Assembly: GCA_964304625.1 (NCBI GenBank)
Contig: OZ199839.1
Span: 3,710,724 to 3,774,723, forward strand
Length of the DNA: 64,000 nt
DNA from: Kudoa neothunni
Taxonomy: Eukaryota > Animalia > Cnidaria
Direction of reading: 5' to 3'
Shown: positions 38,758 to 52,652 of the stretch, piece after piece
How positions within the stretch are numbered: position 1 is the first letter of the stretch
Layout: each line of letters opens with the position of its first letter
The notes under the pieces: model-generated
The model's database searches: none
What the model saw: the letters and a program-made list of their open reading frames with translations, nothing else
What the model was told of the DNA's origin: nothing
Translations under genes and position numbers: made by a program

Positions 38758-40330
38758 ATGTCAGAAGAAATCAATGATGTCAACCAAACCTATCTAGAAA
38801 CGCCCTCCATAATACAAGACACCACCACTTTAGATGAACAAATCTTAAATGAATACAGGCATAAAATATTCCCGAAAATCGGAGGATTGTGCCAAATTTT
38901 CACCTACTTAAAAAGACCCCCACTCACTTTTGGGTCTCATATCAGTGTATTTTTATGAAGGATGTTTTCGAATGCTATCTATGTTAAAATTATAGCTTAG
39001 AGTTCCATCAATAAATAATTTCGCATCATTATCATCCTATTTTATGTTTGTTCTACCACAGCGACAATCATATCTCTCAATTAAACCCTCCGATTTCCTT
39101 ATTTACAACAGTGAAAAATGTGGTCAGTTTTCCAAATCACTTCTAACTCACAAGCTGATTTATGATTCGAACCCCGATATTAATTTTATTATTCACTCTC
39201 ACGACAAGCATGTTGATGCTGTAATTTTACATTTATTTGCCGTTGATAAAATCTAAATTATTATTAGATTTCCTCGTTAAAATGTGGTCTTTTAAAAATG
39301 TCAACCGAAAGCATTATGGTATTGCACATTAAGGATAGATTAATTTGGAATTTGCTTTTAGTTGAAAAATGTAATCTACCACGATCGCTCATTTTACACA
39401 CCAACAATTGATGGAAATGGTCTGGAGATAGTTGCTGGTGAATTATCATCCAAAATCAGAGATAGTCGTGTACTTTTTCTGAGGTGTAATGGTGCTCTCT
39501 GTTATGGTTCAACCGTCGAAGAAACTTTCTACTATTTATTAAAATTGGAAGCTGCTTCCATGATTCAGGTTTGTTTGACATATTATTTTTTAGGAAGTTT
39601 CATGATTTTCCACAGATACTTGCCAAATGTGGCGCAAACACACAAGATGAAAGTAATTTCGTATGTGATCCAGATTATTGTGAATTCCTTGAGAACCAAA
39701 ACCTCGATCAGGAATTTTTCTGTAGTGAATACGTAAATTTTTTATCTGCAAGTCGAAATTATGTGAGTTATTTTCAGATATTTACTCATTAATTCGAATA
39801 TCATTTTTAGATTAATTTGAGCAGCAGAAGAAGCTCTTCCTTATACGACAAATATGATAAATATAGTATTTGATACTCATCTTTATGTATAACACTAATT
39901 TCTAGATGATAACTCACTTCTAAATACATCTTCGGTGGAGGATTTTCCACTTCCCAACTATAGATCTGAGACGTTGGTCTGCAACAATGAACACCGACGT
40001 AGATTATTATCTTTATTCACTGAGTGTGGTGGCTAACTATATTCTCATTTAGCAAAAAGACCCAATTCCAGTCATGAATCAAAAGTAAACATTCCCAAAT
40101 GCGAATCTATTCGTGAGAATGTTTTGAGCTACGAATTCCGCTCAAATATCACCTCTACAGCGTCTCACTATGAGAAGAGCACCGATGATCAAGAAGAACT
40201 TTCTGTGCTACGTCGTGCCAAACGATTCAAAGCCAAACGTTGTTGCAGTCTTACATCCGGTGTCGAAAAAGCTATTGCTAAAAAAGTTTTTGGTTCCACC
40301 ACTCCCTGCGATGAACGACAAATGCAATAG
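38758..40330 (+). CDS. Adducin-like protein (class II aldolase/adducin head), multi-exon, short
   Basis: GSHIS; THKLIYDSNPDINFIIHSH...AISSLKCGLLKMSTES; VIYHD; SRVLFLRCNGALCYGSTVEETFYY...ASMIQ. These match adducin head motifs (AVSAMKCGLLPIS; KVLILRNHG...GESVEEAFY). GT-AG micro-introns. Confidence 0.8.
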
Positions 40331-43278
40331 TCACAATCATATCCGTCATAGTCGTTCACCTAAAACAGGTCCGCCGCTTTTACAACCAATGCCTTTCATT
40401 TATATAGGCTTGGTTATGTATCATTATTAGAACTATGTGTTATTTCCCAGTTGGCTGCAACCAGCCGTTTTATTTTAATTATGTTTGTAACTTGTTAATA
40501 CAAGTATTTCAAGTCGATTAATAATGCGGTATTTTTTCTTGCCTTTCTAACCCTTCAGGGACCAACCGATTTGAAAAACCGTGTGTCCAAGCGGAGTCTC
40601 GCGAGACCCCAGTAAAAATAGAACTTAAACTTAATTAAATTACATCAAACTCGTATACTTGAAAGAAAACATAATAATTAAATGATTGACGTTACGATTA
40701 TTACGTAATTTCTTGAATGTCAATAGACATTTGAATTTATGTGATTTGGTAGGTCACGAAGATTACACGTGAATGAGCACATTATATACTTTGATGTGTG
40801 CGTGTATTGTTAATGTATGCAAAATTGAATTGTCTATTGAAACTAAAGACATCATGGAATCAAAAATTAGAAAATAGGCGAGGCAAAATATTAGAGAATA
40901 ACGCATTGGGGACCTACAAATTTCAAAAAATCGTTCCAGTCCAAGTGATCAGTAAAACGTTGAAATGTTTCCGACACGCTCATTTAAATAATCAATACCA
41001 CCTAGGTCTAAAAAAACGAGGGTGATTATGTGTTGAAGTGAGGATTATTACGGATTGAGATAGGGATTTCATGATTCCAACGTTTCGTGGTTGTTACTAG
41101 TTTTTACAAACATTTTGACAGATAATACATCTCAGTAAATTAATTATATTAGGTTAAAACGCTTGAAACATTCAACCACAAAAATATCGAAGATTATAAA
41201 ATATGATGTAATATTTCACTTTACGTTCAATAACTAGGTAATAAATGTTTATATTTACATTGTTGTGGTAAAAAATAAAAAAAATGCGTCTGATTTATTA
41301 GCTCCCATAGTGATTTGACTTTAAATTCTTAAAAATCGTATATTTTGATTTGTGACGATTGCTCCTATTTAAAGTTGATTTCACTAAAAAACTATTGAAT
41401 ATTTTTGTTTCTAATTACTTTTTGTATATAAATAAAAAGATAACTCAATCAAATAAATTAAAATTTATCATATTTTAATTTTTGAACAAATATTATTATA
41501 ACATTTTTTTATTCATGAATAAACTACCAAACAAAATTTATAAACTAAAAATCGCATTAAGGAATATCATCGGTAAATTGATATATCTTAGTTTTAATTG
41601 TGAATAGAACAAATCAGAAAGTTCTGTTTTTAAAATACAAAGTCACAAGCTTGAACATTTACGAACTTATTACTGACAGATACAAATACAAAAAGATCAG
41701 CGAACAATTAAAGACTGCTCATTTGTTAAAATTATAGAGAAATAATAATTTTTTTGATGTATTTATCAACAACATAGAGATTCCAGGTGAATCCGAATGT
41801 GTTCGACTTAAGATTTATTTCCTATTTATAGGTTAATTCTTTTTGATCTGAATTTAACTACACAATGTAATTTTTTATGATAGAACAAAAATGAAGAAAT
41901 GTGTGAGAAAAAAAGTGAATTAACAGGACGAATTGTTTGTAATGATTTTATTTCCGATTTTGTATACGACACAGCCGGAAGTTCGTACACAGATATTGTA
42001 GTATTGTAGCTTAGCTGACATAAAAAAAAATAAAAAACTTTATTCCAAAAAATAATGAAATTCTGAATTTTGATAAGGACGTTTCTCCTAACATTGATTA
42101 CAAAAATCCACGGTGAACGAATCATACAATCTTGTTAATACATTGTACATTGACGTAATCTTTTTGAAATAAAGGATAATCCCTAAACGCTCGATTTTTT
42201 GAAGATCTAGTAACACCTGATTGGTCATCGCATTTCTCAATGTCGTAACGCATTCATCCATGCTTTCCAATTCTGATTCAGACATGTTATATTCAGATAT
42301 TACCTCAACCTCCGAATAATCATCGATGTAGTCTTTAGCATTATTATAATTATTTTTTGAGAAAACAAATTCAATTTGTTAGGAAAAGCAACAAAACGTA
42401 GGAGATCTATCGGATTAGTTATCGCTAATCTATAACGAGAAATTTCTGCGATTTTTGTCGTTATTTTCATGCACATGTAATGTTTAAATGAAATATATTT
42501 TTTAATATTTCATTAAAATTAATGTTTATAAAATAAATAATTGAGACTAAGAATATTTATAATAAAATGCAATCAAAATATTGTATTTTATTATAAATTT
42601 AAAAAGCAGAGAAAACATTTTCTTCCCTGTGAATAGTCTTACGTGTTTTATGAATATTCTAAAAATTTTAATATCAACTGAAGCCAATATTTAGGGGTAT
42701 GATCAAAAAGACATATCTTAGGTTCTCGGTAGATCCTACCTCATCCCATAAGGATTAACTTTTCGATTTAAAATTATTTTTTTCTCGCTTTGGACATTAA
42801 ATAACATATTAAGCACTTCAAAGAAAACTTTTGGTGGATTTTATCATTTTTGCGTTAATGTTGTATTACTCCGTATCTTGGTGAACAGAGTACTCCAGTG
42901 ACAATTTAACGGTGTTATAAAACGATGCAAACTTTAATAATTATATTATTAAAGTTATTCGATAGGTTTCAAGATTTCGACAAAAGAAATTTAGAACAGG
43001 TTTTGTTTGCGATGAGTTAATAATTATCAATTCAAAATGATCTCTTCTAATCGATCCTAGCTATAGAAAGGTGTATTATCCTCTGCCTTTGAGTTTTTTC
43101 GCTGCAGTTATGATTAGAGTTTTATAACATATAACGCGCGCCCAACAGGTGAGTTTTTAAAAAATGTTGGTAGGCCTTAGGTTTTGATGGCTTCCTAAAA
43201 GCTCTGTAAGAATGCAAATAACAATGAGAAATGATTGTTTGAAAACTATGTAATATTTAATATTTCATGAATATTATA

Positions 43279-45312
43279 CAGTGGGTGACGGCTAATTCGC
43301 ACTTTTTTCACTGTCGCCAAAATAAATAAACTTGAGATTTTTATCATTTTATATATATATATATATATGAGTAGAATTATTAATTACGGCATTATACAAC
43401 TTAAAAATGTTTCATCCTATTAAATATAAGAAAATTTTATGAGTTAAACCCATGGATGGATAATTCGCACTAATTTCCGTGGAGCAGGGATGCAAAACGC
43501 GCGCCGGTATCATTTAATACAGAAATATGGGTGAACAAAGAAAGCATAAATGGATGACACTTACCGAAAAATATAATATTATTAAATATTTCGAAATTCA
43601 GCCTCCAAAAAATGCTAAAAGTCACACAGTGAAACATTTTGGTTTATCCTCTATTTCAACTTTGAATGGAATATTATTGAAAAAAGAGGAAAGAAAGAGC
43701 TCCGTTGAGACCGGAGTAGTCAAGAAAAATCGTAAAACTTTGAAAAAGGGTTCAAATGATGAAATTGATCAACAAGTTTTTGAGTGGTTAATATGGATGA
43801 GGTCTAAAAAATTGGAAATTTCGTCGTTGGAAATTATTTCGAAACGAAATGAATTTGCAAAAAACATTAATAAAGAAGCGGAAGATATGAGCTATGGTTG
43901 GTTTCGTGGATTCAAAGATAGATTTAATTTACGACGACTAAATTTTCATGGTGAGGCAAACATGGTAAACATGGAAACTGTCGATGATTGGAAACTTCAA
44001 TTAAAAAATATATTGAAAAATTATAAAGCTGAACAAGTGTACAACCTTGATGAAACAGCTCTATTCTATCAGCAACATTCCAGTAAGATATATAAGATAT
44101 ACAAAAACGACAAAAAACATCATTAATTTGTTACATGTCGTTAAAAAAATAATTATATCAACATTTAATTTATGTCAATCATCAACAAATTCCCATTAGA
44201 ATTTTTTAAGAACTATTTTACAATACATTATATTCACTCGAACGTATTTATGGTAACCTAATTTAGGAAGAAGTTATGTTCTATCTACTGAGGTAAATGC
44301 AAAATGCTCAAAGCGATCAAAAAAAGAGTCACGCTTTTATTGGGAGCATCATTATTAGGCGAAAAATTGGAACCATTAGTGGTTGGTCATCATGAAAAAC
44401 CAAGGTGTTTTAAAAATTTGAAAGATACTCCAGTTCCTTACTTCTCCAATAAGAAAGCATGGATGACCTCGGAGATATTTAAGAAATATTTAGTTAAATT
44501 AAATGCTAATTTCAAAGAGCAGAACAAAAAAATTGTGCTATTTCTTGATAATGCGAGTTGACATTCACCATTACAATTATCAAATATTGAATTATTATTT
44601 TTCCCTAAAAACACAACTAGTGTTTTGCAACCTATGGATCAAGGGATTATCAATTCATTTAAAGCTGTTTATAGAAGATATCTAATAAATAGATCTACAT
44701 TTTTAGTTGCGAATGATGTTGAACTTAAGCCAATTGATTTATTAGAGGTGTTGGTACTTGTAAAAAAACGTGGGAGGACGTAACATCCAAACAATATCCA
44801 ATTGTTTCGAGAAAGCTGGATTTAGATTCGATGGTAACGAAGATCCTTATTACTATTTTATACAAACTTAATAATTATACATAGACGAACCTGTAAACCA
44901 TGAAGTTTTGGATCAAATCGATGACCCAGAGATAATACAATGCCAAGATGAAGAAGAACTCGTTCAAGTCTGTGAATTTGAGGACAACCGTGGAAACAAT
45001 GATGTAACCATGGATGTATAAGAATTATCTGATTGTGAACCTGAAGCATACAAAGAAGTGTCATATACCACGAAAGAAGCGCTGAAATGCTTTGAATATT
45101 TAAAGGGATACTTCATTAAGAATGGATCAAATATGTTGATTATCTTCACAAACTAGAAGAGGAAATGTTTCTAATCTCAAAAAAAGGATTTAAGAAAACG
45201 AAAATAACAAATTTTATTTTAAAAAAGTAGGATAATATCACATTTCTTAAAAATCGACCCAAATCTTTTACGCTTGCGCCAAATAAAAGTGCGAATTAGC
45301 CGTCACCCACTG
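43279..45312 (+). mobile_element. Full-length Tigger/pogo transposon; transposase from 43527 to ~45230 with intron 44083-44266 and inactivating lesions
   Basis: Perfect 28-bp TIR CAGTGGGTGACGGCTAATTCGCACTTTT with TA TSD. HTH_psq, CENP-B HTH (SYGWFRGFKDRF), YNLDETALF, RVTLLL..GEKLEPLVVG...PRCFK, KKAWMT, LFLDNAS*H, FPKNTTSVLQPMDQGII. Confidence 0.95.
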
Positions 45313-45497
45313 TAAAATCATAATAGGCTAAGTTATTTGGAAGTACTGTTGATATGTTGATGGATCTCATCCAGTATAGGCCTCCTAATCGATGGGTACA
45401 CAATAATAGGATTAGCGTGATTAAGAAATACCCATAGTTGTCTCATTTTACATTAAAATAGAGAAAAAATTTCCGCGTTTAAATATATAAATTATAT

Positions 45498-45520
45498 AAG
45501 AGTAGAGTAGAGTAGAGTAG
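45498..45520 (+). repeat. (AGAGT)n microsatellite
   Basis: About 4.5 copies of AGAGT. Confidence 0.9.
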
Positions 45521-46679
45521 TTGTTGATTTAAAAATAGGAACAACATATAATGCAGCAAAGCCAGGATCGAGTACCTATAGCCGTGTATTTTTTTGTAAA
45601 CGTGACTGAATTTTTACCCATCATTTAATTGGTTTTATATAGCACGTTTTAAATTTAATACAAATCATATCCATTTTTGTAGTTTTTTCACTTAATTTGG
45701 AGAATTATAATCCCATATTTTCAGTCTTAAATGTGGAAATGGATTGGGGGTATATACCAAAGTTCAGTCAAATAAAATATGAAACAATAATTTAAATTTA
45801 AAATATTAAAAATTTGTAATTTAGCAATATTTCAATATCGTCTCAATTTTTATATTGGGAGATTAATTTGCATTTTTTCGTTTTCAAGGTCAAATCTCTA
45901 GCGTGACTTGTTGAGTTGTGATGTTCTGGCTGATTAAGAACGCTTCAATTACACTGTAGGCAGAACAGCGTCATCTTGAGACAACTTACATTTATGCGGA
46001 AGTATCAGATAGTAAATCACTAAGTTTCTCAATAATAGATTATTATAAATATTAATATGGTATCAGAATTTAATAAAAAACTTATTTTTACGATATAAAA
46101 TTAATATTAAAGGAAATTACATTAATAATGTTAAAGTTCTTGTTGATAGATAAATGAAATATTAAAGTTGTTCTAAATAAGAATGGCTATAATAAATAAT
46201 ATTCTATTTTATTATTTACAGATTAAAAGTCAGAATATTAATACCCTTATTTAGGAATCGTTTTTGTTCAATCAAAACCATAAAATATTGATATTACAAT
46301 ATTCAGTTAGAGGGGTTTTAAGCACAGCGAACATTTTCTTGCTGGATTCAACAGAACTATTTAATTACCAACAAAATAAATCTTATTTTAATATTTTAAA
46401 TTTAAACTTTTTTATATTATTTGTACAACTATAAATATTTTTATATATATTAAACTGAGTTATAAAAGTAAGCAATGACAAATAGTATTTTGTCGTATTG
46501 AAATCCAAAGACTTCCAGAGCAAAAATTCGACGAAATATAGATAGTAAAATTATTTATTTACTACATAATATTCAAATTATCAATATAATTTTAATTTTC
46601 ATATTGAAAATATATTGTAATTAAAAAATTAATTCTATGTTTAAAAATATCATGCACTTTAGTGTGTTGTAAACGACAA

Positions 46680-47048
46680 AAAAAGTTAACCAACTAAGCA
46701 CCCTCGTTTTGAGGAGACCCCTACCTTACGCTGCAATAACTCAGATTTAGTCGGAGGAAATTGTCTAAATGCGGGAGTTGGCTCGACAGAAAATCCTTAA
46801 TGGCCAATTCGTCGTTTCTGTGCCTCAGGAGTTTATAGTCGTCCCAGTTCCATGCTTCCGTCAGACTTTATTTCCAACTGCGAACAAAATTATATTAAAT
46901 AATAGATTCCTAAGATTAGAACTGTAGTATAACTTACGTTTGGATTTAGAATCAAGGAATTCCAGATATTGATAAATCGGATTGGGGGATTCGAACCTAC
47001 AGCCTAGTGATTGTGAGTCAGACCAATTGCCAACCGTGCCACCTGGTC
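46680..47048 (-). mobile_element. tRNA-derived SINE-like element
   Basis: Minus-strand head GACCAGGTGGCACGGTTGG (A box)...CTGACTCACAATCA...GGTTCGAATCC (B box) without a complete acceptor stem, followed by a ~300-nt moderately GC-rich body ending in a T-run. Confidence 0.55.
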
Positions 47049-49512
47049 AGGTATGCAAATCTGCAGTGTAAACGATACAATTCACAAGAGTGTTTATTTT
47101 TTGTCTTGGTCGGGACTCAATCGGAATCCATAAACAAAAACAAATGATCCGTAATATCTATTCGACTCATAGCAAACTGTTCGATGCGGTTTTGCTGTTT
47201 ATTATTACGCGTAACTTTTTTATTATATTAAAAGTAAATTATTAATTCATAAGCATAATTAACATAATTATATACACCAAATACAAGATAAACTCCATCT
47301 TATTAAAAGAACGCTAATAGGTCGTATTAGTACATCGTTCCCCTACACGAGATGCGGGAGTCATTCTAGAACAAATTTAAAAATTAATCTTAATATATTC
47401 ATTTCGTAAGTTTCGTTAGAACCTGTTTAAATCATTTAAAGACCGCATGCGTGTAATAATATTGTTTGTTGTTTTGTCATCAATTTGTTTCGATTTAAAA
47501 AATGAGATATGAAAATTTATTTAATTTATAATTTGTTTCATCTATTCTACGAAATGGATCAATAAAGCAATAATTTATATTAAGCCTATTCAACCTATAA
47601 AGTCTATCACTCGCTATTTCCATGTAAAATCGTAACTGTGTTGTCTTTTAAAGTAACATATTAATATGCTTAAGCTGTAACTAAGCTGTCAGAATTTTTA
47701 TCTACATAGAAATGATCTATATCCTTAAAAATAAAACCTCTATGTGGTTTTAACTTTGTCTTCTGTCTGAATTTGAAATCCATCATTTAATTGTATATTC
47801 TTTATTATGTTACATTTTAAGTTTTGTGCTCGAATTTTTCCCCAACCTCTGATATAAATTTTAACTAAATTATCTTTGAAAATTTTGGTGCATCAAAAAT
47901 CAGAGCATTCATTTATACACTTAAATAAATGAATGTCAATTTGAATAGAATAATTAGTTATTTTTATTCAGGTATATTAAGAAGTCATCTGTTAGAATTT
48001 TCTGAATTTTTCTGAACCCATTGCCTCAATATTTAAATTAAAGTCTGATTCGATATAGAATAAGGAATTTTCTAGGTTTTTCCACACAAGATGGTATATG
48101 AGGCTGGCTTCTCGACTTCATTGTATACAAATAAAAAGTATCGGAATTCCTTGTATCCCCAAACGATTTACAAGTATCATTTATCAGCAATGTACCACGC
48201 TTTGAATTACTTATAAAAAACTGGCGAGAGCGAGAAAACTGCCAAATCAGTTAAACACTAAATAACATTTTTGTGTGAAATGGTGAGTTTTTTTGTGAAC
48301 TATATAGATTGGTTATAATTATGTGGCATATTTAAATTGCTCCTTTATGTACAGAACTTAATCAATCGACTATAATTTTTCTTAATATAATCCAGTATTA
48401 TTTTTATATAACTTTTTTGTTTCTAATATTTTAAAATAATTATAATAACATTTTTTAGTTAAAATTGTTCATTACTTCACATAAAAACGGTATGTTCAAG
48501 CAGGAATAAATAATAGCTTCAATCGTTGAGTGTTAAGTCATGGGCAGGAAAAGATATATTTTCTTTTTCAATTGTGTGTAGAAAATTGCGTTGATCAAAA
48601 ATTTTTTGTTTCATTTGATGTATTTTAAAAATAATTCGGAAAATTAGAGATTTAAAATAATAAAAAGTATAATTTAAAAACGTTTTTTTACCGATATTAT
48701 TATATTCGCATTTATATAATAGGTAAAATAAAGCCTTAACTTTCACAAGGAGGAGGAGTGCGAAACGAGCGGGGAAATTAGCATGGGTGTACAAGTGTAA
48801 AATTTGTAGAGAAACACTGTATTAGCATATGTCATCGGATTACCTTGTGTGAATATCAAACCGATTTTATTAGAATTTAACCCAATTTCTTTCTAAAGTA
48901 ATGTAGTTAATTTCAATATATGAGTATATAAATATATTATGTGAATAATAATGACATCGCATGATTGAAAAAATGCCATATTTTTGTTTTGATAATTAAA
49001 GATATTTTACAATAAGAATAAACGTGTTTATTTTTAGGAGAATATAAGAACTTCCTGATAAGGAAGAAAAGCGTGCCTTAAGTTTTGAGAAAAATGGTTA
49101 CTCTGCGGTATAGGAGATATTCCACTCAGGACATGAAAAGTTAATATAAAATCAAGATTTAAAAAATAAAATAAGACGCCAAGTCATTAATTAATAAGAA
49201 TACAAATACATAAAAATAAGAGAAAAGATAGAAATAGCATACTTTGTTAAGAAAAGAGGTTAGCAAAAAATATCTCAATTATTTATAAACGCATTAGCAA
49301 ACTAATTATTTGATTATTTTTGAAAAATTTAAAAGACAAACATTATTAAGTCCTGGAAACCTCATCGAACTGACGAAAATTAGAATAAAAAACAGGATTC
49401 AAATGTCACACGGCAATTCAATAAACTCATATATTCAGAAAAAAAAACACTTGGGAATTAAAATGGTCATTTACAAAGCTAAAATGCACAAAATTTCTAT
49501 GATCCAACCAAA

Positions 49513-52500
49513 TTAAGATTGTATTGACGGTACGGACAATCCAGGGATGGCTGGCTCAACCAGAAGGAAAATAAGTGAATCCATATGACAAGCTTCAGTT
49601 TGACGGACGGCCATTTGAACGACGACTCGTTGCAGTTTTTCAATGGTAACATTAACATTGTTGAATGTGATTTTAGAAAATGTTGAGTTGAGAATGGCTT
49701 GGGGTAAATCGTCTTTATTAAGGCAGTCGATAAATCTGTTTGACTTTGGATCGAAGTAAATAGTTCCTTCTTTGTTGAAACGAGGAATATAAACTCTGAT
49801 AGCGTTTTCACTGAGTTGAAGCACGTACGCATTTTCTTGTAGAACTCCGTTAGGTGACTTTTTAACGAATAACACCGTATGAAGTTTCAATGAAGACCAT
49901 GAGGCAAGTCGAGCCGATCTATTTCTTTTATTCAAATGATCACACATGGATTGAATTTGATCAGCAGACATTCCAGTCAAAACCTATAGGTATAATTAGA
50001 TAACAAATGCCAACTAGGGAGACTACAATCGAATGTTCATCCACAATTCCAAGTGATGCAGCCAACAATCGATGAACCAGCACATCAGGGTATCTTCTAA
50101 TCGGTGAGGTGAAGTGAGTGTAGATAGTTTCAGCTAAACCAAAGTGGTAGAAATCATTTTCGCATCTGGCTCCGGAGCAGAAATATAATGCTTGTTGAAG
50201 ACAACGAGTGGACATAATTCTTAGCAGCGTATCCAAATATCGGTCTTTAGGATAATCGGATGTGATGTCAAGAATAGCTTTGAGATTGTCTTCGATATGG
50301 CGAATTTTCGATTCACCCACTTGGAAGCGGTCTTTGAGAAGATCACACAACGGTTTGAAACTGCCGATGGCGGGTCTAGGATGACAGCGTAAAACCGAGC
50401 AGCTAGGGAAGTGTTGATAGAGTTGTTTAGCAACGGTAATATTGGCCAACAACATGAAATCTTCAACTAATCTATTAGTCTCAATTTGAGCTTTTTGTTG
50501 TAATTCGAGTGGTTCATTTCTTTCTTGGTCCATTTCGAAGCTGACCTCCGAAGAGGCCAGCATAATAGCACCATTTTTTATTCGTTTGTTGCGTAAATGT
50601 TTCGCGAATTTGGCTAACATTTTTATACTGTTTGAAAGTGTGGAGTTATCGTTAGGGTCGTCCAAGATAGCTTGAGCTTCATTGTAGGTGAAAGCCCGCC
50701 GAGATCGAATCACACTTTTACAAAATTTGGGAGGGAGTTCTTCGATCATATTACCTTCGGCTGTCAAATACCATCTTACCGAAAACGCCAAGCGATCTTC
50801 ATTTTCACGCAACGAACAGAGATTGGACGACAGCAACTCAGGTATCATATCAATTCTTCGATCGGTCAAATAGACGGTGGTTCCTCTGGTGTACGCCTCA
50901 TCATCGATGGCGGTACCAGGTTTCACAAAATGGGTGACATCGGCTATGTGAACACCAACTTCGTAGACGCATTCGTCAGCAGAATATCCAACTGGATATT
51001 CGGATGGCTCAAGCTTACGGCAATGTAGTGCATCATCAATATCAGTACAGCCAGGTGGATCTATACTGCAAACATTGAGATGTCGCAAATCTTCTCTGAA
51101 AACTTGTCTACCAATAATAATATCAGCATTCCATTCATCTGGATTTTCCATATTTGGAAGACAATTGAGAACAGACTTTGAGAAAGGTTGGAAACGAATT
51201 CCTTCTTCGGTGAGTATGGTGTCAGTTTCCACATCTTTATCGCCGAGATCTCCAAGTGTGGTGAGATAATGACCAAGTGGATAACGGCTGTGTCGTGGCC
51301 AAGAATCCACCGCCACACATATTCGTTTGTCAGCCAAATCTTTTGCTCGTCTAGACACAATATTGATCCATGGAATATTCTTCTTTAGTGGACGAAACAG
51401 GTGTTGGTTGGAGTTCTGGTTGAATTTATTTGGTTGAATGGTTCCACAGTATTGTTTCCAATTTCGTTTAATGATTCCAATAACTTTTCCGCAAGGAATG
51501 CTCACGTCCCCAGTCAATTTACTGTTTTCACCATCGACCACCAATTCATTAGAGTCGTTGTTTGGTTGTTGTGTGGGTGTGGAATCTTCTTCAAATCTCA
51601 AAGACGGCACTTGCCAATCCTCGTTATCCAAAATCTCCACACCAACTACATCTCCATCGAATGCACGATTCATATTGTCGATGCCGACCACGTTCACAAC
51701 GGTTAACTTGCCGTCAGATCCTGCTTGTGAATCTTCGTTGATAATTACTCTACCTTCCTTGTAATTGTCCACACTAGCATGGAACACTCCTTTTAAGTAT
51801 TTTCCACTTTTCACTCCGATATTGATGTCGTTTGGCGACACATGTACAGGATACATAAACTGATTAGCGTCATTTGAGATCAAGTCAAACGATTCCTCCA
51901 GTGCATCAGCATTAACCTTATCGACAATATCTTCCATACCAACCAATGATCGAATAAAATCTTGAATAGCATAGGCATTGAGACTGAAATCATTTTGAAG
52001 TGATTCTGCTTGTTGGTTGGTCAGTGTCAACACAATCAATCCAAGACTCTCGCCAGACGCTCTACTCAAATGTTTTTGATACCAGGCGTATGTGTTTTGT
52101 AGACAACGTTCATCTCTCTCCTTGATCGATTCCGATGGTACTTTCTGGATGAATATATCAGCGTGGAATTCGTTGTAAAATTGGTAAAAGTATTTTTCCG
52201 GTGCAGTTAAAATATCATTCAATCGTTGATATTGTTGTCTATTGTTATTTTTGTATTTATCCATCGCAGTCTGACATAAAATGACATTTTTAATACGTTT
52301 ATCTTCCAAAATATCTATCTGCGAATGTATTACTTCCATTGACGGAATAATCACATATGGTTTATTAATTAATGTAGATTCTACATAGATATTTGGATCT
52401 AACGCACAACAATTATTCATATTTTGGCCGGTTTGTTCTTGTATTTGCTTACAAAGTGAACAATCTTTAATACCACATGAAATATTTCTTCTCAAATACA

Positions 52501-52567
52501 ACTCCTTCACTTCTTTGATTATATTCCCCGATTTTGTTTTTCTTATGTTAGTTTTTTGTCGAAGCAT
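49513..52567 (-). CDS. DIS3: Exosome complex exonuclease RRP44/DIS3; one intron 50026-49984
   Basis: MLRQKTNIRKTKSG...YLR...CGIKDCSLC (CR3), PIN-like domain, NRAFDGDVV, RNB catalytic SIDPPGCTDIDDALHCR, HIADV, LVEDFMLLAN, HFGLA..YTHFTSPIRRYPD and C-terminal S1. N-terminus and RNB motif resemble DIS3 rather than DIS3L. Confidence 0.95.
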
Positions 52568-52652
52568 GCTATTTGCTGCTAAAAAGTACCAAAGGAAAAG
52601 CCACGAGGATCGCCTCAAACAATTTTAACGCTGAGTATTCGTGCGCACGCAT
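52568..52652. promoter_or_regulatory. Putative bidirectional promoter between DIS3 and NOP53
   Basis: Only 85 bp between divergent ATGs; contains GTGCGCACGCAT. Confidence 0.6.

Noticed and set aside
40548-42760. Possible piggyBac element (CCCTT start, acidic N-terminal ORF on the minus strand)
   Set aside because: Ends do not match convincingly and no catalytic motif could be read.
46975-47048. Functional tRNA gene (Val-CAC-like loop)
   Set aside because: A and B boxes are present but the acceptor and anticodon stems do not pair properly; treated as a SINE head or pseudogene.
48700-49150. Possible Merlin transposase N-terminal relic (WVYKCKIC)
   Set aside because: Too degenerate to support as a feature.
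50221-51764. Several 60-120 aa ORFs overlapping DIS3
   Set aside because: Antisense or alternate-frame shadows of the DIS3 CDS.
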